The notes beneath the pieces are model-generated. The model ran no database searches, was not told where the DNA came from, and saw only the letters and a program-made list of their open reading frames with translations. A stretch of 45,057 nucleotides of DNA, taken from positions 15,168,628 through 15,213,684 of the forward strand of contig NC_068993.1 in assembly GCF_001194135.2 (NCBI RefSeq), written 5' to 3'. Of the stretch, positions 36,789-45,057 are shown piece after piece; position 1 is the stretch's first letter; each line of letters starts with the position of its first letter. A program made the position numbers and the translations under genes. The DNA comes from Octopus bimaculoides (taxonomy: Eukaryota).

Positions 36789-36985
36789 GCAGGAGTGGCT
36801 GTGTGGTAAGTAGCTTGCTTATCAACCACATGATTCCGGGTTCATTCCTACTGCGTGGCACCTTGTGCAAGTGTCTTCTACTATAGCCTCGGGTCGACCA
36901 AAGCCTTGTTAGTGGATTTGGTAGACGGAAACTGAAAGAAGTCCGTCGTATATATGTATACATATGTGTGTGTATATGTCTGTGT
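36789..36985 (+). mobile_element. SINE family D, 5' half
   Basis: Colinear with 2477-2680 and ends inside the internal microsatellite. Confidence 0.88.
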
Positions 36986-37175
36986 AAGCATTCGCACTTC
37001 TCGTATTTTAAAACATTTATTGGTAGTGAGATAATTGTGAGAAGTGCTTGCATGCCACCATCTTGCGCTCCTCTGAGAAAAATGTCCATGAAAATATTGA
37101 CACTGAAAACATATACACACATACACCTACGCGTGCGCACACACACGCACTCACACGCAAATAAGTATATGAATG

Positions 37176-37208
<33 letters not shown>

Positions 37209-37374
37209 NNNNNNNNNNNNNNNNNNNNNNNNNNNNNNNNNNNNNNNNNNNNNNNNNNNNNNNNNNNNNNNNNNNNNNNNNNNNNNNNNNNNNNNNNNNN
37301 NNNNNNNNNNNNNNNNNNNNNNNNNNNNNNNNNNNNNNNNNNNNNNNNNNNNNNNNNNNNNNNNNNNNNNNNNN

Positions 37375-37405
<31 letters not shown>

Positions 37406-39029
37406 TATATAAATTAATTAGAAATATTAGACAACAGACGAAGCAATCGCGAAAACTTTGACTAACAAAATAATTATGAATTCTATAAATCTTATGAGAT
37501 TTTATTTATGTGAGAGTCACAAAAAGTCTCTATCAATTTGTCTATTCAGGGGACCAAAAAGTAAAAAAAAAGAAATGCAAAGGAGATCGGGAGCTACTTT
37601 AAAAGGGACAGTTCGTTCCTGACTGCACAATATACAGAGGAATGGCGAAGAAAGAATGTTTAGCTCCACGTTCACATTTGTGTGACGGAAGAGAGAGTCA
37701 GAGCGTGTCAGCATACTAACAAATGTATCTAGCGAAGAAGGATTTATATGAACATACAAGTCCTAACGATCCTCAACACTAACAAAAGAAAAGGAAACAA
37801 CAATGCCGAATGGAAAAAAGCAGGGTGTTTGATGAAATAATGATGAAAGAGAAGCTGAGTATTCCATCGTGATGATGTCAGACAACACAAAAATAGCAAG
37901 TTATTCATCAGTAAATTAAAGCAAAATGAAGTGGTGACAATAGCTTAAGCCTCGAATTTCGTATTTACTGAAATAGGATTAAATTTGCCTCCCTCTTTAA
38001 AGTGAAGAGAATAAGTTATCTATCGAGGGTTGAACAGAGGTGGTGATTCCATGTGTAGTTTTCGTTACATTTGCCCAAACGCCGTGACATGCCTTGAATG
38101 TTCTGGTGAGCTCGTTTTTCGTTCATTATGGAAATTACGCCGGATAACTGGTCAGAAAAAAAAACCGTCCGTTATCAGCCACATCTTTTATAGATGGTTG
38201 CATTGCTTTCCATGGCAAGAGTAAGTTCTTTTCGCCTGTCAGTGAGGCTATGTCGAAAGAGATTGCATTGTAAATAATCCTGAGGGGAGTGAAGACAGAC
38301 ATATTCGTCTTCAGGAAATTCTGCTTCAAAATCTTCAGATTACACTTGCAGAAGCTCAAGGCGGAAAATATTTGTTGTAAAATTGCAAAAAGTTAAGCTG
38401 AAGGAATAACGTATAGCTCGAATTCCTGCGTCTGTAGGGCGGAGAACACTGCTTGGATAAAACAGTTTTATATTGGTTAAGTTCTGATCTGTGAAGTTAC
38501 TTACTTAACAGTGACTGGAAAGTCAACTTCTTGAAAAGGTGAAAACTACAACATGCCTCATGCAAAAACAGGACAACGAAGCAGCTACGTATCGATTTTA
38601 TCATGGTTCTGTTATTAGAAGCTGTCCAAAAATGTCATTAAGATACTACCTCCCGCTACAATATGATGTACTCGCTAAAACAATATAGAATGTTACCCGC
38701 AGAAAAATCTGCTCTGGGCTAAAAAAAAAAAAAAAGCAAATACCTCTGCTATAGAATACTTACATATCAACACAAAGGATATTGGTGGAATATTTTCATT
38801 CAAACATCAGGTACGTAGACAACAGAAATCAGAAGCAAGGTTCATGTTTAGTTACAACGTAATATCCCATAGCAAATGCTTAGGAACTTTCAATTCATCT
38901 ACCCTGATTGTATAATGGCATTCATACAAATAGTTATTAGTGCAATCGGTTATGTTAGTAAATGTCTAAGCCACGACCTGAGGAAACTCGGATTTTCAAG
39001 CCAAGAAAGAAACTTAAGGGGTTCAATCT

Positions 39030-39365
39030 ATAAGGACGCCCTTCGTTCATAAATGACCACTGGATTGCACCTAGAAAGTTACCCTCCGTGGCACACGTCC
39101 AGGCAAGGTTGTTCATTGGAGACCAGTAACTTTCCATACCTACCTGCCTTTTCCTCTTCATGTTGCCGATGTCATCCAAGGAAAAGTCAAAGGCCGATAC
39201 AGCTTAGCACCAGTGACGTCGCAACACATTTCTACAGTTGGGTGCATCGGAGTAATGTGAAATAAATTGTCTTGTTCAAGAACACAACACAGCCTGGTCT
39301 GGGAATCAAGCTCGTTAGCTCATGACTGCGAGACCGACGCTGTAACCACTGAGCCAAGCGCCTTC
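39030..39365 (-). mobile_element. tRNA-derived SINE, family C, near full length
   Basis: The head on the minus strand reads GGCGCTTGGCTCAGTGGTTACAGCGTCGG...TTCCCAGACCAGG. The body TGTGTTGTGTTCTTGAACAAGAC resembles 33617-33730 and 27947-28170. Confidence 0.75.
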
Positions 39366-39538
39366 ATTACAATCTATACGTGGGACAGTAAATATGTATA
39401 AGACTACAACTTTGATATAGAACACTCGTTGTTGTTAAAAATCAGCTCTGTCATCCAAAGAAAGAGACAGACAGACAGACAGACAGACAGATAGATAGAT
39501 AGATAGATAGATAGATACAAACGTACATGTATGTGTGT

Positions 39539-39571
<33 letters not shown>

Positions 39572-40129
39572 GATTGTCTATGTGTATATCAGTCTCTATG
39601 TACGTATGTATGTATGTATGTATGTATGGCTCCTTCATGACTTCTTCCCCTCTGTTTGTGTTTATGTCTCTGATGACTAATAATGTCGATCCTTGCATGG
39701 AAGCGTCTGTTGCAAATCGTATGGAAGCGCCTACTGCAAATAAGTACCACTCAACTTCTAGGCTTCAGCTTCACATGTAAAATGAAGACATGTCCAGATT
39801 GTTATTGATAGATGTTGACTGATTATTGCTGAGTACAAGACAATATTTTGAGGGCGAAAATTTGCCCACCCGTATGATATTTCACGACGAATTCCACACC
39901 TTGTTTTGAGTAAGAACCAAATATAAAATGCTGTCTCTATCAAAACCAGTCATTAATTTCCCAAAACATCACTTGTATGATATTTAACCGGACACTTCGC
40001 ACTGTTGATCACCAGTAGAATAAAATCACGTAATACGGAAGTTCCGTTGACTATGACAGACAATTCTCGTCTGCTACGATCTGTGCGTGTGATTTAGTGC
40101 ACCATGCAGCGCCTACATGGGAGGAGCTA

Positions 40130-40131
40130 TT

Positions 40132-40166
<35 letters not shown>

Positions 40167-40199
40167 CTATCTATCTATCTATTTATCTATCTATCTATA

Positions 40200-40230
<31 letters not shown>

Positions 40231-40265
40231 TTATCTATCTATCTATCGGTCTGTCTCTCTCTCTT

Positions 40266-40352
<87 letters not shown>
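40130..40352 (+). repeat. (TCTA)n/(TA)n/(CA)n compound microsatellite
   Basis: Seen directly. Confidence 0.95.
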
Positions 40353-40354
<2 letters not shown>

Positions 40355-40640
40355 TATACATAAATCAGTTGTCCAACGCAAGCTAACATACAGTTAAAGA
40401 TCAAGGAAAAAAAGAAAATATACCTACACTGAACTATTAAGAAATCTACAGTTACTCTACATAGATTAGAAGTTCAGGCTTATACCTAAAACCACTGTAA
40501 CATGGGATATGTAACACGCAGATAATTTTGGAAAACGTGCATGAATATATGTGAATCTGTGCGTGTGTGTGTGTGTGTGTGCGTGTGGTGTGTGGATGTG
40601 TATACGTATATGGAGTATGTTCCCTAAAAATTTTCACATA

Positions 40641-40930
40641 CAGTAATTCCTCACCATATCGCGGTTTACCTATCGCGGTTTACCTATCCCGGTTTGCCTA
40701 TCGCGGTTTGCCTATCGCGGTTTGCCTATCGCGTTTTACCTATCGCGGTTTATTATTTAAGCTTACGTCGATTCCTCCCTGGTGTTGCTTTGCTTTTTTA
40801 TAATAAAATAGATATATGAAAATAATAATAAAATATACAGTGCAGTGCAGTTTCAAGTTCATAGATTTTCACCTATCGCGGTAGAGCGAGGGATTGGAAC
40901 GTAGGACCTGCGATAGTCGAGGGATTACTG
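40641..40930. mobile_element. Tigger/pogo-like MITE with TA target duplication
   Basis: TA|CAGTAATTCCTCACCATATCGCG ... GCGATAGTCGAGGGATTACTG|TA, with an internal 7x14-bp tandem. Confidence 0.85.
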
Positions 40931-41026
40931 TATATTTGTATATATACGAGAGAGATATATAAAGTTAGAAACGTGTGTATACACACACGCATAGAACACA
41001 CATACATACATTCCTGTTTGTATTTG

Positions 41027-41208
41027 TTATTTCTTTATTGTCCATAAGGGGCTACACACAGAGGGGACAAACAAGGACAGACAAAGGGATTAAGTTGATT
41101 ACATCGACCCTAGTACGTAACTGGTACTTAATCTATCGACCCCGAAAGGATGAAAGGCAAAGTCGACCTCGGCAGAATTTGAACTCAGAACGATTCTCCC
41201 AGCTCGCC
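41027..41208 (-). mobile_element. SINE family A variant with a different, LINE-like 3' tail
   Basis: Family A core and B box joined to the tail TTTCTTTATTGTCCATAAGGGGCTACACACAGAGGGGACAAACAAGGACAGAC (plus-strand reading). Confidence 0.8.
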
Positions 41209-42212
41209 GCCCTCTTGTTTGTATTTCCGTGAACGTTTGTGTGTGTTTGGTTGTTTTCTGTGTGTGCACGTGTGTGTGTTTGTATGTATGTGTGTATGTA
41301 TACTTATGTATGCATTATACAAGCATACACACGATCCCCATGGTTGATGGTGTAGTGTATACTGCAACAACAGACATGTTTACGCATTATATCCACGAAC
41401 GACTTACAATTGCTGTTAGAGCCAATATTGCTGTTGCTTTTGTGGTTGTTGTTGCTGCTGCAGCTGTTGTTTTTGTTGTTGCCGCCTCCACTGCAACTGT
41501 TGTTGTGGTTGATGCTGTTGTTACTACTCTACTTGTTGTTTATCATGATATCTCACTCATAACCTAAATCGAAAGTAAATTCTATTCAATGAAGAAACAA
41601 AACCGCTCTGTGATCTTATATGAGAACATATTTTATTAGATTCGTAAGGCTCAGTATTTCCCTTGTTAAGAAAAATGATCAATTAATATACGTGTCATCC
41701 TTGTCAGATAACATTACTCCGAAATCACTTAGACGTATAAACTTTTGCTAACTTTCTGATTAGTTGCCAGTACGTTTTTGTATCAGAAACGACTAATGGC
41801 TCGCTCAAGACATATGTTTACACAGAAGGATGTTGCTATAGATTAGATTTGAACAGGACGGTGAAATATGGAGGCTTGAGTTTGAAGGTGAAATATTAAG
41901 AGATAAATTGTTCTAACGATGTACAATCGACATGAAAAAGAAAAACAAAAAGAGAAATATACAGAAGGAAAAGAGAAAGAATGAAAGAAAGAATAATGGT
42001 AAAGAATCCTTTATTGTAACTGACTATTGTGACTTAGAAGTTTACACTGGATTACTAATATTGTACTATATATACGTCCATATGTTTGAGTATATAGATA
42101 CATAATTACATATATATACATACACACAATCTCATACACACACATACACAAACATACACCCATACTTACACACACATACATATGTCAATATATATAAGTA
42201 TACATAGATATG

Positions 42213-42243
<31 letters not shown>

Positions 42244-44343
42244 TTATATATATATNNNNNNNNNNNNNNNNNNNNNNNNNNNNNNNNNNNNNNNNNNNNN
42301 NNNNNNNNNNNNNNNNNNNNNNNNNNNNNNNNNNNNNNNNNNNNNNNNNNNNNNNNNNNNNNNNNNNNNNNNNNNNNNNNNNNNNNNNNNNNNNNNNNNN
42401 NNNNNNNNNNNNNNNNNNNNNNNNNNNNNNNNNNNNNNNNNNNNNNNNNNNNNNNNNNNNNNNNNNNNNNNNNNNNNNNNNNNNNNNNNNNNNNNNNNNN
42501 NNNNNNNNNNNNNNNNNNNNNNNNNNNNNNNNNNNNNNNNNNNNNNNNNNNNNNNNNNNNNNNNNNNNNNNNNNNNNNNNNNNNNNNNNNNNNNNNNNNN
42601 NNNNNNNNNNNNNNNNNNNNNNNNNNNNNNNNNNNNNNNNNNNNNNNNNNNNNNNNNNNNNNNNNNNNNNNNNNNNNNNNNNNNNNNNNNNNNNNNNNNN
42701 NNNNNNNNNNNNNNNNNNNNNNNNNNNNNNNNNNNNNNNNNNNNNTATATATATATATATGAATTTATACATGGAAGTCAAGTCTTCTATCTTATGTGTT
42801 TTCGTGTTCATGTCTCACATCGAGGATCAATCTTTTACATTCAAATAGATACTTACAAAACAAATCTTAAGCATTCTACGAAAAACTTGGCAATTAAAAG
42901 TTTCCTTATATTTTTATGTTTTAACCAATGCGTAGTTTGCTGCAGAAAGAAGTTCAAAGTTATACATCTTACATTCGTGACGTTACGCAATGGACATGAA
43001 TCTTACTTATACTTCTTCGAAACTCCTTTTAAACTAGTTGTTTCGAAGTCATATAATACATAATTACATCATTAAGACTTTGGAAAAAACTGATTTGTCT
43101 CGTCCATTCCGGGTACTTGCATTCAGTATCAAACCTAGCTATGGACCAATTCACGTGTCGACTCTCTGGGATTTATAAAGGAAAGTAGAATCCATTCAAA
43201 TAAGCCGGGGCGACAGTATCGGAAAATCCCTCCCACTCAAATTTGTGGGCCATGTGCCTAAACAAAAAAGACAATTATATCTTATTTAGTATGAATAAAT
43301 AACCTAGTGGCTATGATGTTGTACATATGGATCGTAAAATCGTGGTTTCGATTTTAGGACATGTTTTCTTTAAGAAAACACTTCTTTTAACTTTGTTCCG
43401 GTTAGTTAAGCTTCAAATTAGTTCCAACAACACAAGGCCGGGGAAATTACCCCTTCGACAAACCGGTGTCTTGTTCCATAGTTAGTTTTGTAACCCCAGT
43501 CACTTCGACGTCTGGAAACTGGGTTACGAGTCCTTGGGCTTAAGACAAAATTAAGCAACTCGACGTGAAACTGCCAACCAGTATGCAAATAAGTTAAATC
43601 CAGGTTGGATTGTGAAGCGTTTTCTACACCCAGATACGCATAAGCTATTTCGTCTCGGTGTGGATTGAAATGAGACTTAAAGAGGTTTTTATATGTACAT
43701 TACGAGCTTTGAAACAAACGAGTTAAAAGTATTAGATAAATTCGTGCAAGTAAATTTGTACGTGTGCATGTTTATTCAGGATTTTTCAGTTTGTTTAGTT
43801 TATTTACTATGTAAGATAACCAGAAAACAAAAAACCTTGGATTTGTATGTAAATGTATTCAAAGGTATTGACAATCATTATATAATACATACATACATAT
43901 ATTTATACATATACATAAACACACACGTATACATTATATACATTATATATATTATATATAGGTATATAATATTTATATATATTTAATGTACATTATCCAC
44001 CTCTCTCTGCTTCTTTCTTTCTCTCTGTCTCTCTTCATACACACATAGATGTGCGTGTGTGTGTATGTGAGTGTGTTGATGAATAAGAAACATATGCACG
44101 TACACAAACACAATTATTTGATAGCATAAACAATAATGGTTTTTGCTTCAGTGGCTTTATAGTAAGTCCTATTCTCGCTTTACTTTTGTAATTATTGATT
44201 TTTTTCCTCTTTCTCTATAGTTTCCAATTTATGAAAGCCACTGAAGGAAGTTTACTGATAATATGTTTCTCGCTGTTCTTTGGATCAGTAATTGAGAGAA
44301 CTACAAGCGGAATCAAAAATCTGGTTGCCGTTTTAGCAAGAAA

Positions 44344-44409
<66 letters not shown>

Positions 44410-45057
44410 CGCTTGTTTTTTTTTTTTGGCCCTTTAGGAACTTGTATCACAAAAATGGTAATCTCTCGCGTTTCACTTGACATAGTTTGTTTCCTTCAAA
44501 TGTATAACAAATGCATCTCTCTTGAGTCATATTGCTCCGAAGTGTGTGTGGCTTTTACTTTAGAAAACAATATCTTAAGTATAAAGATATGGAATGAGAT
44601 GACCGGGCACAGTTCTCTGGACGTTAAGGATGTGGTATTGCTGGCTGGAAATCGAAACTTCTTTTCGTAGTACTATATTTTTTGTGTTGCTGTTAAAAAG
44701 ACGAATGCGACTGCAGAAATATCTTCATATAAATACAGAGAGGGAGAGAAATATTGAGGTGAGAGAGAGATATAACATATACAATCATAACTACAAGGTC
44801 ACACATATAAGCAGAGCGAGAAAGAGAAGTAGAGAGAGGCGAGGGAGAAGGAATTCGATTTATTAATTGAACACGATTCACATAAACACTTTACATCACA
44901 GCATACACATAAAGGGAAAATATGCTCACTGACATAGTGATAGATAGATAGATATCTTTTTATTATAGCCACACAGGGCTAAATACAGAAAATGGACAAA
45001 TTACAAAGTAGAGCTTTGGGGGGGGGGATAATTTGGATCAAAAGGGATCGCGGGAAG

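Noticed and set aside
39670-39710. CTGATGA as a further hammerhead core
   Set aside because: No closing stem II/GAAA arrangement.
40655-40752. Regular 14-bp repeats as a possible CRISPR array
   Set aside because: There are no spacers, the units are too short, they lie inside a MITE, and the context is eukaryotic.
43490-43526. Hairpin GTAACCCCAGT...ACTGGGTTAC
   Set aside because: About 10 bp with a bulge, which is expected by chance in 45 kb and has no supporting context.

Overview
This is eukaryotic, AT-rich and mostly non-coding DNA. It is full of microsatellites, has nine N-gaps, and carries many tRNA-headed SINEs, LINE/PLE remnants and MITEs. The repeat families and microsatellite density suggest an octopus/cephalopod genome (inference from pattern recognition, not a search). 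Most ORFs in the six-frame track are microsatellite or N-gap artefacts. The main feature is a rearranged Penelope-like retroelement (PLE) at about 23.46-26.49 kb. Its RT fragment is on the minus strand and its GIY-YIG endonuclease is on the plus strand. It has three copies of a terminal repeat whose consensus is a minimal, short-stem-III hammerhead ribozyme. In the 3' copy, a tRNA-like Pol III head (A and B boxes) sits between the endonuclease stop codon and the hammerhead, so the terminal repeat looks like a tRNA+ribozyme SINE. Also present: a second, different PLE remnant, an R4/Dong-like LINE end, Tigger-like and hAT-like MITEs, modular SINE families, and a few isolated candidate exons that cannot be assigned to a gene. 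No CRISPR array, rRNA or convincing functional tRNA gene was seen. Coordinates of decayed repeats are approximate.
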